Shown here one piece after another: positions 1 through 11,226 of a stretch of 64,000 bases of DNA. The position numbers and the translations under genes are program-made. Within the stretch, counting starts at the first letter, position 1; each line of letters starts with the position of its first letter. Under the pieces are notes generated by a model that searched no databases, was not told the origin of the DNA, and saw only the letters and a program-made list of their open reading frames with translations. The DNA lies in contig CAVRXO010000002.1 of the NCBI GenBank assembly GCA_963725185.1, positions 496,666 through 560,665 of the forward strand, given 5' to 3'. This DNA is from an uncultured Alphaproteobacteria bacterium (GTDB taxonomy: Bacteria > Pseudomonadota > Alphaproteobacteria > Rhizobiales > Xanthobacteraceae).

Positions 1-365
1 ATCGTGCGACCGCGACAGCACCTTCTCTGCCGTGAAGCCGAACTTCGCAAGCAGATCCTTGCGCGGCGCCGACAAGGCGGATCTGGCATGCCGGCCTTGG
101 CGCCGCTCGTCTCGGCGCGTCGTGGTGCCGCGGCCTCAGCCTCGGTGGTCACAAGGACCGCTGAGATTGTCTCCGCGCACGCTTCGCGGCGCTGACGCGC
201 GCTCCCCGTCCAGCCGCGGCCGCAACTCGCTTTCGGAGTGGTGGGCCGCTTGTTTTCGCCGCCGAATGCCGCTTCCAGGCGCGCGCCGCGCTCGATCTCC
301 GTCGTCCCGCCGTCGCGGCGGAGAGTCAGCAGGCGGTGCGGGGTGAGGGCAAGCGTCAGGCCCAT
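1..365 (-). CDS. partial CDS (5' end) of an unidentified protein running off the left edge
   Basis: ATG at 365 (minus) opens a frame with no stop down to position 1. The first ~36 codons (MGLTLALTPHRLLTLRRDGGTTEIERGARLEAAF) have G/C third positions. Near the edge the GC3 signal sits in a different frame (..KDLLAKFGFTAEKVLSRSHD), so continuity is doubtful. No family recognised. Confidence 0.25.
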   Translation of the reverse strand, partial: MGLTLALTPHRLLTLRRDGGTTEIERGARLEAAFGGENKRPTTPKASCGRGWTGSARQRREACAETISAVLVTTEAEAAAPRRAETSGAKAGMPDPPCRRRARICLRSSASRQRRCCRGRT

Positions 366-561
366 CAGATCTTCCTGCTGTCATAGGGGTTTTTCGAGAC
401 TAACCTGATTCTCGAAGGCAGTAATGCCGCTCTTCCGCCGCCGCGGACAATCGGTGTATCGTCCAAGCGAACTGACGTTCCCGGGCGACACGGCGACATC
501 CGGCCGCTATGGAATGGTCGGCGTGCTCGGAAGCAATCACGCAATCAATGGGAGTGTGTTC

Positions 562-1386
562 ATGTTGGGCCAGGGCTTGATCGGCATGCTCGCCGCGACA
601 GTGGCGCTGTTGCTGGCGCCATGCGGCGCGCAGGCGTTCGACGAATTGAAATATCCCGACCTCAAGGGTCAATGGGAGCGGGTCGGCGTCCCGCGCTGGC
701 TCGCCCCAGGACAAAAAGCGCCGCTGACGCCGGAGTACCAGGCCGTCAACAATGCCCAGCTGGCCGATCAGGCGGCCGGCGGACAAGGCAACTGGCCCTC
801 CTCGTTCTGCATCCCGCAAGGCATGCCGGCGATGATGAACCTCTACGATCCGATGGAGATCGTGGTCACCCAGGACATCACCTACATCCTGATCAGCCAC
901 ATCAACGATTCCTACCGGCGAATCTACACCGACGGACGCGACTGGCCGGCGGAGGGCGAGGTCGAGCCGAGCTATGCGGGCTATTCCATCGGCAAATGGG
1001 TGGACACGACCGGCAGCGGCCGCTTCGACGTGCTCGAGGTGGAGACGCGCAATTTCCGCGGCCCGCGCGCGTTCGAATCCAGCGGTCTGCCGCTGCACCG
1101 CGACAATCAGAGCATCATCAAGGAGCGCTTCTATCTGGACAACTCCGACCGCAACACCCTCTATGACGACATCACGGTGTACGACCATGCGCTGACGCAG
1201 CCGTGGACGCTGCACAAGAAGATTGCGCGCGTGAACGCGGCGCGGCCGGTCTGGCGCTCGGACCTCTGCGAGGAGGAGAACTCGCTGGTGCGCATCGGCA
1301 AGGACGGCTATTTCCTGAGCGCTGACGGCTATCTGATGCCGACCAAGAAGGGCCAAGCGCCGCCCGACCTGCGCTATTTCAAGTAA
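562..1386 (+). CDS. secreted hypothetical protein
   Basis: ORF 424..1386. The internal ATG at 562 gives a classic Sec signal peptide (MLGQGLIGMLAATVALLLAPCGAQA). Strong GC3 bias. No family recognised. Confidence 0.6.
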   Translation: MLGQGLIGMLAATVALLLAPCGAQAFDELKYPDLKGQWERVGVPRWLAPGQKAPLTPEYQAVNNAQLADQAAGGQGNWPSSFCIPQGMPAMMNLYDPMEIVVTQDITYILISHINDSYRRIYTDGRDWPAEGEVEPSYAGYSIGKWVDTTGSGRFDVLEVETRNFRGPRAFESSGLPLHRDNQSIIKERFYLDNSDRNTLYDDITVYDHALTQPWTLHKKIARVNAARPVWRSDLCEEENSLVRIGKDGYFLSADGYLMPTKKGQAPPDLRYFK

Positions 1387-1914
1387 TCGCGGAAGTGACG
1401 GCTGGCCCGCGAGACGCACATCCAGTGCCTCGCGCGAACGGCGATCTTTCTCGACGATGCTGCAGGCGGAACGATGGGGCGGCGATGCAAACTCTCGTCG
1501 CCCGAGCGGTGACGAGCATATAGCTGTCGCGAATAGGAAACTTGCTCCCGGCAATGGACATGGGCGACCGGAGCGGCGTCCAACGGGGCCGTAGTGCAAG
1601 ACAATTGGGTGGTCTAGTACCCGATTGTTCGCGCTTCAGTTGCGCATGAACAATTCGAACGAAAGATATTCTTTCGCGTTATCCCAGACGCGGCCGCCGG
1701 AGCGCGTCATCAGTATCCTTGTTTACACAACGGATACACGACGTTTATTCCTTCAATACAGGACTTGGCTGCGTCAAATCGCTCATCCGCGGCCGCCTTA
1801 CCAATCTTTAATTTGGCAGTCAGCTTGTCGTGAGGAACCCGGGTGCAAGAAATGCGATGGAAATTTGAGATGCCTTTCGGAGGATAGCGCTTCGCTGAGG
1901 AGAACCGTACAGGC

Positions 1915-3093
1915 ATGAAAGCGATCACCGAGAAAGCCAAGCACCGCTCTTCGCGTAGGTTCATTTGGATTGCCGGCATCGTGGTGATGATCGCGGCTGG
2001 GACCTTCGGAATCCGGCGCTGGGCCGAACCGGCGCCGCACGTGGCGTCGCGGCCCCCCGCGGTGCCGGTGACGGTGGCGAGCGTGGCTCGCCAAGACGTT
2101 CCGCTCTTCCTGCAGGGACTGGGCACCGCGCAGGCATCGAACACGGTCGCCATCCGCAGCCAGATCGACGGCAAGCTGCAGTCGGTCAATTTCGTCGAGG
2201 GCCAGGAGGTCCACAAGGGCGACACGCTGGCAGTGATCGATCCGCGCGCGCTCCAGGCCATGCTCGACCAGGCGGTCGCCAAGAAAGCGGAGGATCAGGC
2301 TCAGTTGATCTCCGCGCAAAAGGACCTCGAGCGATTCAAGACGCTGGTGGTCAAGAACGCCGAGACCCAGCAGAACGTCGATGCGCAACAGGCGAAGGTC
2401 GATCAGCTCAAGGCAATGATCGAAGCCGACCAGGGCGCGATCGAAAGCGCGCAGACCCAGCTCTCCTATGCCACCATTACGGCGCCGATCGACGGCCGCG
2501 TCGGCTTTCGCCAGGTCGATGCCGGCAATATCATCCATGCCAGCGACCCGAATCCGCTGACCGTGCTGACCCTGATCCGTCCGATGGTGGTGACCTTCAC
2601 CTTGCCGCAAAAGGATCTGGGAGACGTGCGCTCGGCGATGCTGCGGGGCTCGGTACCGGCGCTCGCCTACGATCAGGACAATGCCAAGCAGGTCGCGAGC
2701 GGGCAGCTGCTGCTGATCGACAATGAGATCGATCAGACCACCAGCACGATCCGCCTCAAGGCCACTTTTCCCAACAAGGACGAGCAGCTCTGGCCCGGCG
2801 AGTTCGTGCACGTGCACATCGAGGTCAATAGCCAAAAGAATGCGGTGACGATCCCGCCCGTGGCGATGCAGCGCGGGCCGCAGGGCTTCTACGCCTGGGT
2901 GATCAAGCCCGACAACACCGCCGAGCAGCGGCCGATCGATGCCAAGCAGGTCGGCGACGACATCGCCATCGTCAGCAAGGGCCTTTCGCCCGACGAGCGG
3001 GTCGTGGTCAACGGCCAGTACCGCCTGCAGGCCGGCGCGCGCGTCGATGCCAAGACGCAAGTGGCAGCCAACCCTCCGGGCAAGCCGTCGTGA
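1915..3093 (+). CDS. RND efflux periplasmic adaptor (membrane fusion protein, MdtA/AcrA-like)
   Basis: 392-aa ORF with an N-terminal membrane anchor, a coiled-coil hairpin region and the lipoyl/beta-barrel motif [13 protein letters not shown] typical of HlyD-family adaptors. Its stop overlaps the downstream GTG (GTGA at 3090). Confidence 0.9.
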   Translation: MKAITEKAKHRSSRRFIWIAGIVVMIAAGTFGIRRWAEPAPHVASRPPAVPVTVASVARQDVPLFLQGLGTAQASNTVAIRSQIDGKLQSVNFVEGQEVHKGDTLAVIDPRALQAMLDQAVAKKAEDQAQLISAQKDLERFKTLVVKNAETQQNVDAQQAKVDQLKAMIEADQGAIESAQTQLSYATITAPIDGRVGFRQVDAGNIIHASDPNPLTVLTLIRPMVVTFTLPQKDLGDVRSAMLRGSVPALAYDQDNAKQVASGQLLLIDNEIDQTTSTIRLKATFPNKDEQLWPGEFVHVHIEVNSQKNAVTIPPVAMQRGPQGFYAWVIKPDNTAEQRPIDAKQVGDDIAIVSKGLSPDERVVVNGQYRLQAGARVDAKTQVAANPPGKPS

Positions 3094-6000
3094 ACATCTC
3101 GGAACCCTTCATCCGCCGGCCGATCGCAACTTCCCTGCTGATGGGGGCGCTGGCCCTGGTCGGGATCGTGGCGTTTCCGCTGTTGCCGGTGGCGCCGCTG
3201 CCGCAGGTCGACTTCCCGACCATCCAGGTTTCCGCGCAGCTCGCCGGCGCGAGCCCCGACACCATGGCGTCGACCGTGGCGGCTCCCGCTCGAGCGCAGG
3301 TTCGGCGAGATTTCCGGCGTCACCCAGATGACCTCGATCAGCGTGCTCGGCTCGACCAACATCACGCTGCAATTCGATCTCAACCGCAACGTCGATGCGG
3401 CCGCCCAGGACGTGCAGGCGGCGATCACCGCGGCCGGCCGCCAGCTGCCGACCACCCTGACCTCGCCGCCGACCTATCGCAAGGTCAATCCGGCGGATGC
3501 GCCCATTCTGATCCTTTCCACCCATTCCGACACGCTGCCGCTCACGACCGTCGACGACTATGCCGACACGGTGGTGGCGCAACAGATTTCGCAGATCACC
3601 GGCGTCGCGCAGGTCATCATCGGTGGCGAGCAGAAGCCGGCGGTGCGGGTCCAGGTCGATCCGGCCAAGCTGCAGACCCGCGGGCTGACCCTCGAAGACG
3701 TGCGCAACGTGCTGGCGATCGCCAATACCGACTCCAGCAAGGGCAGCCTCAACAATTCCCAGCAAAGCCTCACCATCACCGCCAACGACCAGCTCCTGAA
3801 GGCGGAAGACTACAACAACGTCATCATCGCCTATCGCAACGGCGCCCCGATCCGCGTTCGCGACGTCGGCCAAGCGGTGGCGGGGCCCGAGGACGTCAAC
3901 ATCGCGGCGCTGTCCGGCGACAAGCCGGCGGTCATACTTCTGGTCTTCAAGCAGCCGGGCGCGAACGTCATCGACACCGTCGATCAGATCAAGGCCGCCA
4001 TGCCCCGCCTCGCCGCCGTCATCCCGCCGGGCATGCATATCGACACCATCGTCGACCGCACGCAGACCATCCGCGCCTCGGTGCAGGACGTCGAGTTCAC
4101 CCTGGCTCTGACCGTTTGCCTGGTGGTGATGGTGATCCTGCTGTTCCTGCGCAATTTCTGGGCCACGCTCATTCCAAGCGTCACCGTGCCGCTGGCGCTG
4201 CTCGGGGCCACCGCGCTCATGTATCTGTTCAGCTTCAGCCTGGACAATCTTTCGCTCATGGCGCTGACGCTCGCCGTCGGCTTCGTGGTCGACGACGCCA
4301 TCGTCGTGGTGGAGAACATCTACCGCCACGTCGAGGAGGGCACCGCGCCCATGGCGGCCGCGCTCAAGGGGGCGAGCGAGATCGGCTTTACGGTGGTGTC
4401 GATCAGCATCTCGCTGATCGCGGTCTTCATACCGTTGCTGCTGATGGGCGGAATCATCGGACGTTTGTTTCGCGAATTCGCCATAACGGTGACGGCCGCG
4501 ATCGTGGTGTCGGTGGTGGTGTCGCTGACCCTCACCCCGATGCTATGCTCGCGCTTCATGGCGAAGCAGTCGGAGCATCATGGCCGCATCTACGGCGCGA
4601 TCGAATGGGGTTTCGAGGCACTGATCGGCGGCTACCGACGGATGCTGGATGTGGTGCTGCGCCATCAGCCGCTCACCCTCGTGGTGTTCCTGGCCACGAT
4701 GGCGGTGACCGGAGTCATGTTCGTCACCATCCCCAAGGGCTTCTTTCCCACCCAGGATACCGGCCTGATCGTGGGACTTTCGGAGGCCGCCCAGGACGCC
4801 TCTCCGGATCAGATGAAGCGCCTGCAACGCGAGCTCTCGCAGGTCATCGAGCGCGATCCCGACGTCGCCGCATTCGGATCGTTCTTCGGCAGCGGCACCG
4901 GCAACACGCTCAATACCGGCCGCTTCTTCATCGGCCTCAAGCCGCGCGACCAGCGCAAGTCCACGGCGGTCGGCGTCATCAATCGGCTGCGGCCGCAGCT
5001 CGCCAAGGTCGAGGGCGTCAACCTCTTCCTGCAGCCCTCGCAGGACATCACCGTAGGCGGACGCATCTCGCGCGGGCAATATCAATACACGCTCGAGGAC
5101 GCCAATGTGGACGAGCTCAATACCTGGGCGCCTCGCATGCTCGAGAAGCTCAAGACCCTGCCCGGGCTTGCCGATGTCTCCAGCGACCTGCAGGGCAACG
5201 CGCCGCAGCTGAAGATCCAGATCAACCGCGATGCCGCCGCCCGGTTCGGGATTCAGCCGCAGGCGATCGACGACACGCTCGACGATGCGTTCGGCCAGCG
5301 CCAGGTCGGCCAGTATTTCACGCAGACCAACTCCTACTTCATCGTGCTCGAAGCGCTGCCGGATCTGCAAAAGAATCCCTCCGCCCTCGACAACATCTAC
5401 GTGAAGGCGGGCAACGGCCAGCCGGTTCCGTTGTCGACGCTGGTCGACGTCGACAATTCGCAGACCGGCCCGCTCTCGGTCTCGCATCAGGGACAGTTCC
5501 CGGCGGCGACGCTCTCGTTCAATCTGCAGCCCGGCGTTGCGCTCGGCCAGGCGGTCGATGAGATCCAAAGCGCCGAGGTCGAAATGGGCAAGCCGGCTTC
5601 CCTGATCGGCAGCTTCCAGGGCAACGCCCAGGCGTTCCAAAGCTCGCTGTCGAGCGAGCCGATCCTGATCGTGGCGGCATTGCTGGTCGTCTACGTCATC
5701 CTGGGCGTCCTCTACGAGAGCTACATCCATCCATTGACGATTCTGTCCACCCTCCCCTCGGCCGGCGTGGGGGCGCTGCTGGCCTTGTGGGCCGGCGGCT
5801 TTGACCTGTCCGTCATCGGCATCATCGGAATCATCCTTTTGATCGGCATCGTGAAGAAGAACGGCATCATGCTGGTGGACTTCGCGATCACCCGCGAGCG
5901 CGAAGGACACGCGCCGGAGGCGGCCATACGCGAGGCCTGCCTGCTGCGATTCCGGCCGATCATGATGACCACGATGGCAACGCTGCTGAGCGGCCTGCCG

Positions 6001-6195
6001 CTCATGCTCGGAAGCGGCTCGGGCTCGGAGCTGCGCCAACCGCTGGGCTATGCCATGGTGGGCGGGCTCGTGCTGAGCCAGATGCTGACGCTGTTTACGA
6101 CGCCGGTGGTCTACCTCTATCTCGATCGCATGCAGATGCGGCTGCGCGGCGAAAGACAGCGTGAGCCGGCCCCGCTGCTGGCAGCCGCGGAGTGA
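3090..6195 (+). pseudogene. RND efflux permease (AcrB/MdtB/MdtC family) interrupted by a 1-nt frameshift near 3288
   Basis: The N-terminus ([66 protein letters not shown]) is in the frame of 3090. The rest ([29 protein letters not shown]... to 6195) is in the frame of 3328. The join is at GCT CCC g CTC GAG (3282-3294). The 823-aa ORF 3090..5561 is off-frame read-through after residue ~66. Confidence 0.85.
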
Positions 6196-6324
6196 TCTTC
6201 CGCGCCCAGCCGCAGAATGCTAGCGTCCTGACGGCAACCCGTTAGCGCTTGGCCGCGTCAGCGCTTGGCAAGCTCGTCCTGGATCGGGCAAGAAACGGAA
6301 TGCCCAAGCGGGCAGGCATGAATT

Positions 6325-7188
6325 TTGCGGGAGCCCAGCGTGCAGATCATCGATTCCCAGGTCCACATCTGGGCGGAAAACACCGCCGACCGGCCCTGGG
6401 CACCGAACATGGAGGGCCGCGCGCACTTGGCGGAGCCGCTGAGCGCCGAAGGGCTTCTCGCCATGATGGACGAGGCCGGCGTCGATGCGGCGATCCTGGT
6501 GCCGCCATCGCTCGAAGGCGATCGTAATGATCTGTGCTTGGCGGCAGCGCGGAAGTTCAGCGACCGTTTCGCGGTGATGGGACGCATCGACCTCGCCCGG
6601 CTGGAGTCGCGAGCGGCGCTGGCGACCTGGCGGCAGCAGCCCGGCATGCTCGGCCTGCGCCTGACCTTTCATCGGCCCGATACGCGCCCGCAGCTCACCG
6701 ACGGCACTGCCGACTGGCTGTGGCCGGCGGCGGAACGGCACGGCGTCCCCCTGATGGTGCATGTACCCGAGCGCCTGCCCAAGCTCGCCGAGATCGCCGA
6801 GCGACATCCGGGTCTCACGATCATCGTCGACCATATGGGTTTCGGGCGTGAAACGATGGATGCCAATGCGCCGGCCGGCGCCGCCCGCGTCGCGGCCCTG
6901 GCGCATTGCAGCAACGTGTTCGTGAAGGTCTCGGCGCTGCCCTGCTTTTCCAGCGAACCGTACCCGTTCCGCAACTTGAATGAGCCGCTGCGCCGCGTGA
7001 TCGAGGCTTTCGGTCCGCGGCGCTGCTTTTGGGGCACCGACCTATCGCGCACGCTGGAGCATTGCACCTATCGTCAGGGCGTCACCCACTTCACGCAGGA
7101 GCTGGATTTCCTGACCGCCGACGATCTCGAATGGATCATGGGCCGCGGCCTGCGGGAGTGCCTGCATTGGAACCTGGGGAAGCCTTGA
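6325..7188 (+). CDS. amidohydrolase-2 family metal-dependent hydrolase
   Basis: 287-aa ORF. The N-terminal IIDSQVHIW motif and overall pattern are typical of PF04909-type hydrolases. The start may be the GTG at 6340. Confidence 0.8.
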   Translation: MREPSVQIIDSQVHIWAENTADRPWAPNMEGRAHLAEPLSAEGLLAMMDEAGVDAAILVPPSLEGDRNDLCLAAARKFSDRFAVMGRIDLARLESRAALATWRQQPGMLGLRLTFHRPDTRPQLTDGTADWLWPAAERHGVPLMVHVPERLPKLAEIAERHPGLTIIVDHMGFGRETMDANAPAGAARVAALAHCSNVFVKVSALPCFSSEPYPFRNLNEPLRRVIEAFGPRRCFWGTDLSRTLEHCTYRQGVTHFTQELDFLTADDLEWIMGRGLRECLHWNLGKP

Positions 7189-7309
7189 GCCGACCGGCGC
7201 GCCGCGGCTTCGCCGTTGACACAGCGCCGGCGCTGAGGCCTGTTGGCCGCCCGAGTGTTGGTCAGGATGCCGGGAATTCGCGAAACTTCGCCAAACTAAT
7301 GAGATCGCC

Positions 7310-8287
7310 ATGTTTCGATCACGTCATCGCGCAAGGCTTGGGCTCGCCACGCTGTGGATTGCGCTGGCTGCCGTCGCGGCCCATGCGCAAAGCTACCCCA
7401 CGCATGTCATCCGCATCATTGCCCCGTTCGCAGCGGGTGGCTTGAACGATACCGCGGCAAGGCTCATCCAACCCTACCTCGAGAAAGCCCTCGGCCAGGC
7501 CGTGGTGGTCGAAAACCGCACCGGAGCGAGCGGGATTGTCGGCTCCGAATTTGTCGCCAAGGCCGCGCCCGACGGCCACACGCTGCTGATGGTGGCGTCG
7601 TCCTACACGGTGCTGCCGGCGACGACCGCCACGCTGCCTTACGATTCCGAGCGCGACCTGACCCCGGTCGCGGTGCTGGGCAAGAATCCGCTGCTGTTCA
7701 TCGTCAATCCAAAGGTCGAGGCGAAGACTCTCGGCGAGTTCGTTGCACTGGCCAAGGCCAGTCCGGGCAAGTTCAACTATGCGACGCCGGGTGCCGCGAC
7801 CCAGACGCGGTTCGTGACCGAGCTGTGGAGCGCGCGCGCCGGCATCAAGCTGCAACACATTCCCTATCGCGGCGGCGCGCCGGCCGTTCAATCCGTGGTC
7901 GCCGGCCAGACCGAGTTCACGGTGCTTTCGCCGCTGGTCTCATTGCCGCAGATCGCGGCCGGCAATCTGCGGGCGCTGGCGGTCGGCAGCCTCACGCGCT
8001 ATCCGCAGCTGCCCGACGTGCCGACGGTCGCGGAATCCGGCTTCCCCGATTTCGAGGCAATTCAGTGGGTCGGCCTGCTCACCACCGCGGGCACGCCGAA
8101 GGATGTCGTCGAGCGCCTCAACACCGAGGTGAACAAGGCACTCAAGGAGCCGGATCTGATCGCCAAGCTGGAGCAAGAGGGCATGTTGCCGGGCGGCGGG
8201 ACATCGGCCGAATTCCGCAACCTGATCGCGACCGAGATCAAGAACTGGAAAGAGACGGCGCGTGCAGCCAACATCCAACCCGAATGA
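7310..8287 (+). CDS. Bug-family (TctC-like) tripartite tricarboxylate transporter substrate-binding protein
   Basis: 325 aa with a signal peptide ending AHAQ, then YPTHVIRIIAPFAAGGLNDTAARL...ENRTGASG, the hallmark Bug/TctC N-terminal region. Confidence 0.9.
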   Translation: MFRSRHRARLGLATLWIALAAVAAHAQSYPTHVIRIIAPFAAGGLNDTAARLIQPYLEKALGQAVVVENRTGASGIVGSEFVAKAAPDGHTLLMVASSYTVLPATTATLPYDSERDLTPVAVLGKNPLLFIVNPKVEAKTLGEFVALAKASPGKFNYATPGAATQTRFVTELWSARAGIKLQHIPYRGGAPAVQSVVAGQTEFTVLSPLVSLPQIAAGNLRALAVGSLTRYPQLPDVPTVAESGFPDFEAIQWVGLLTTAGTPKDVVERLNTEVNKALKEPDLIAKLEQEGMLPGGGTSAEFRNLIATEIKNWKETARAANIQPE

Positions 8288-8323
8288 TGAGGCCGGATCT
8301 CCGGCTCCAAACCAGGACCAGCA

Positions 8324-8518
8324 ATGACCAGCGACAACGGCACGACCAAGAGCCAACCCACTGCCAAGGCCGCAAGCACGGGCGGCGAAACAGCCGCGAA
8401 GCCGGAGGCGAGCACGCCCGCCAATTATAGCCGGGGCGAGAAGCAGAAGCCGGTCACCAACTCGTATAAGGAAAACTGGGACCGCATCTACGGAAAAAAG
8501 AAGAAGCGATCCAAGTAG
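8324..8518 (+). CDS. small hypothetical protein with a lysine-rich C-terminus (64 aa)
   Basis: ORF 36 nt downstream of the Bug gene on the same strand, with good GC3. The sequence ends ..ENWDRIYGKKKKRSK. No family assigned. Confidence 0.4.
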   Translation: MTSDNGTTKSQPTAKAASTGGETAAKPEASTPANYSRGEKQKPVTNSYKENWDRIYGKKKKRSK

Positions 8519-8572
8519 CGGCGGGCTTGCTCGCCAGCGCAGCCGCGTCCCGACTTGCCGCAATCGAAAGCG

Positions 8573-9346
8573 TCAGCCGGCGGACCCATTGGGAGCGCCG
8601 GCGCTCGCGGACTCGGGGACCGCCGTCGCATCCAGGGCTCGGTCGGCGGTGGCACTGAAGTTTCGCTGGGAATGCAGGTGAGCGTAGATCAGATCAAGCT
8701 CGCCCGCGGCGGCGAGCCGCGCCAATGCCTCGCCCGACAAAGCCCGGAGCCGGTCCCGGTTGACCGACATGAAGCCGCCCATGGTGACACGCTTGCCGGA
8801 GCGTAGCGTGAAGTCCGCCCGCATGGGCTCGAGCAGATTGAGCTCGATGAGACGCCGGCAGAACGCCCCGGTGGCTTCGAATTGCGCCTCATAGGCCTGC
8901 AGGAACCCCAGCACGGTCTTCAGGTACTGGGTGCGCTCGCCGGCCGCATCGAACAGGCGCTCGCCCAGGCCCGCGCGGTTGACGCCGTGGAACTCCTCGT
9001 CGACGCACAGCGTGAAGGTCTCGCCCTTCTCGTCGCGCGAGAAGACGAACGGATAGCGGCGCACAAAGGCCGGAATGTATTTCGCATTCCACGCACCCTT
9101 GGCGTCGACATAAAGGTTTTCATTGTCACGCACGCCGAGCAGCGCCACCGGCGTGATCTCCTTGCCCTGTCCGGCGAACACGATCGCGTATTCGCTGCAG
9201 GCCGGCTCGAACTCCGCGGCCATGAGCGGCACCGAATTGACCTGCCTGGCAAAGCCGTAGTCGGTGCCGGATTTGACCGACAAGTCGCCGTGCTGGCCTG
9301 GATTGACCGGCACGGCACGTTCATAGATGAGAAGCTGTTTTGCCAT
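8573..9346 (-). CDS. SapC family protein
   Basis: 257 aa. The N-terminus MAKQLLIYERAVPVNPGQHGDLSVK...SVPLMAAEF...YAIVFAG matches the SapC family pattern. Confidence 0.85.
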   Translation of the reverse strand: MAKQLLIYERAVPVNPGQHGDLSVKSGTDYGFARQVNSVPLMAAEFEPACSEYAIVFAGQGKEITPVALLGVRDNENLYVDAKGAWNAKYIPAFVRRYPFVFSRDEKGETFTLCVDEEFHGVNRAGLGERLFDAAGERTQYLKTVLGFLQAYEAQFEATGAFCRRLIELNLLEPMRADFTLRSGKRVTMGGFMSVNRDRLRALSGEALARLAAAGELDLIYAHLHSQRNFSATADRALDATAVPESASAGAPNGSAG

Positions 9347-9457
9347 TGGAACCTGACCACGGTTGGAGCTGTGCGCCTATTATAGCCTGCTGTTGCGGAC
9401 CACAAGGCAGATTCGCCTGGGCATCGAAGGGGCAGCCTGCGCGCGGCTTGCCGGCTT

Positions 9458-10696
9458 TCACCTCGAGGGTGCCGCAAGCGAATGCTCGAGGAAGAAGCGC
9501 AGCATCTCCCGCGTCGCGTCCGGTCCGCGCGGATCGGTGTAGGAGCCGGCGGGGCTGCCTCCCGACCAGGCGTGTCCGGCGCCATGAATGTCCCAGCGCT
9601 CGAGGATCGCCCGCCCGCTCGCGTCGGAATGGATGCTGCGCGTATAGGCATGTCCGCCGGCTATCCGGCCGCGCTGCACTTGCTTTTGCAGGCGCGCGGC
9701 CCGTAGCGACTGCGCCATGACATGATCGCCGTTGCGGGGATGCACCGTGGTGTCGCGGTCGCCATGAAAAACGATGGTTGGGACGGCCGGCCCGTCGCGC
9801 AAAGCCGCCGGAATGTCGCCGGACCCTGACGTCGCTGCGAGGTCACCCTGCCGCATCGCGACGAGCGCAGACGGAAGGTCGCTGGCAGCCCCGCAGGCGA
9901 GGCCGGAATGCACGCCAACGGCCGCGTACAAATCGGGGTAAGTTGCCCCCATGACGACGGCGGCGGCCGCTCCGGCCGATAGTCCGCCAATGTAGACGCG
10001 CCGCGGGTCCACCGAATAGTCGCGCATGACCTGACGGGTGATGCCGGCGATCAGCGAAGGTTCGCCTTGGTCGCGCCGCTGGTCGGTCGGCCGAAACCAG
10101 TTCCAGCACTTCGCCGGGTTGGCATCGCTCGGCTGCGCCGGATAGACCACCAGGCAGGTCTCTTCTTCGGCGAGCACGTTCATGCGTGTGCCGGCGGCGA
10201 AATCGTCAGGCGATTGCGAGCAGCCGTGCAGCATCACGACCAAAGGAAGCGCCTGCCCCCGATAGCGGCTGGGGATGTAGAGCTTGTAAGCACGGCTTCC
10301 CGCCCGGTTGCTGTAGGTCGCTGCGATGAACTTTCCGCCCGCCGGCACGATGTCCGGCGTGGACCGCGGGGCGGGCTGCCGCAAGGCCTGTAATCCGGGC
10401 CCCGAGCCGCGCGCGACGTGTTGGAGCAAATCGCGCAGCGCGTTGGTCATGCGCGGCCGCGGCGATGTGGCGGCGTTCAAGAGCGGACGCTCCGTCTCGC
10501 TGGTCTCGGATTCCACGTCGATCGTGGCGGGTTTGCGTTCGTCGGGAGCGAGGTCACCGGGGCCGCCGAAGATTCTGTCCGGGGCGTGCGCGCCTCCAAG
10601 CATGCGCCGGATGAGCGACGTGGCTTCGGCGAGCCGGCCCGTGCGCGTGAGACGCGCGGCTTCGACCATCTTGTCCGGATCAGGCATGTCATTCAT
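9458..10696 (-). CDS. PHB depolymerase family esterase
   Basis: 412 aa. Contains YKLYIP..PLVVMLHGCSQSPDDFAAGTRMN..VVYPAQ..NPAKCWNWF and GLSAGAA (nucleophile elbow), typical of esterase/PHB-depolymerase family proteins. Confidence 0.85.
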   Translation of the reverse strand: MNDMPDPDKMVEAARLTRTGRLAEATSLIRRMLGGAHAPDRIFGGPGDLAPDERKPATIDVESETSETERPLLNAATSPRPRMTNALRDLLQHVARGSGPGLQALRQPAPRSTPDIVPAGGKFIAATYSNRAGSRAYKLYIPSRYRGQALPLVVMLHGCSQSPDDFAAGTRMNVLAEEETCLVVYPAQPSDANPAKCWNWFRPTDQRRDQGEPSLIAGITRQVMRDYSVDPRRVYIGGLSAGAAAAVVMGATYPDLYAAVGVHSGLACGAASDLPSALVAMRQGDLAATSGSGDIPAALRDGPAVPTIVFHGDRDTTVHPRNGDHVMAQSLRAARLQKQVQRGRIAGGHAYTRSIHSDASGRAILERWDIHGAGHAWSGGSPAGSYTDPRGPDATREMLRFFLEHSLAAPSR

Positions 10697-10797
10697 GAAG
10701 CGAAAACCTTCCTTTGCTCGGCGACGCGACGAGCGCGCGTCCGAGGAGCCCAGTTCGATCGGTGTGACTGTTTCCCAGATCCGATACGCCTCACCCG

Positions 10798-11226
10798 TCA
10801 GCGCATCCGGTCGGCGAGAGCGGCCTTGACGGCCGGGCTGGCGCGCAACGCCCCGAGCACGACGATCGACGCGATCGTCGCGCGCGCAAGCTCGGGGGTG
10901 ACATCCGAGGCGATGGTGGCAAGCCCCAGCACTTGGATATGCAGCATCTCTCCGGCTCGACGCGCCGCTTCGAGATCTTCGCCGCTAAAGTGCCGCAGAC
11001 CCAGGTCCAAGCTCTTTCGGACCGTTGCCTGCTTGACCACGTCGGCGTGACGCTCGAGCTGGTTGCGGATTGCGGTGCGGATGAAATCAGTCCGGTTCGA
11101 ATAAAAACCCTCCTCGACCATGAGGTCGATATGGCCAAGGTCGACGTAGCCGAGCGTGATCGTGATTTTCTCGCTATCGCTTGGCTTGGGTCGTAGCTGT
11201 TGCACGTTCTCGGACATCCCTGCCAT
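10798..11226 (-). CDS. ribbon-helix-helix (CopG/Arc/MetJ-type) transcriptional regulator with an extra C-terminal domain
   Basis: 142 aa. The RHH signature is KITITLGYVDLGHIDLMVEEGFYSNRTDFIRTAIRNQL (beta-strand plus two helices). The start codon is embedded in a repeat operator. Confidence 0.75.
   Translation of the reverse strand: MAGMSENVQQLRPKPSDSEKITITLGYVDLGHIDLMVEEGFYSNRTDFIRTAIRNQLERHADVVKQATVRKSLDLGLRHFSGEDLEAARRAGEMLHIQVLGLATIASDVTPELARATIASIVVLGALRASPAVKAALADRMR

Noticed and set aside
3090-5561. An 823-aa ORF that looks like a complete gene.
   Set aside because: Only its first ~66 codons are genuine RND permease sequence. After the frameshift near 3288 it reads out of frame (Arg/Pro/Gly-rich nonsense), while the true frame continues as ORF 3328..6195.
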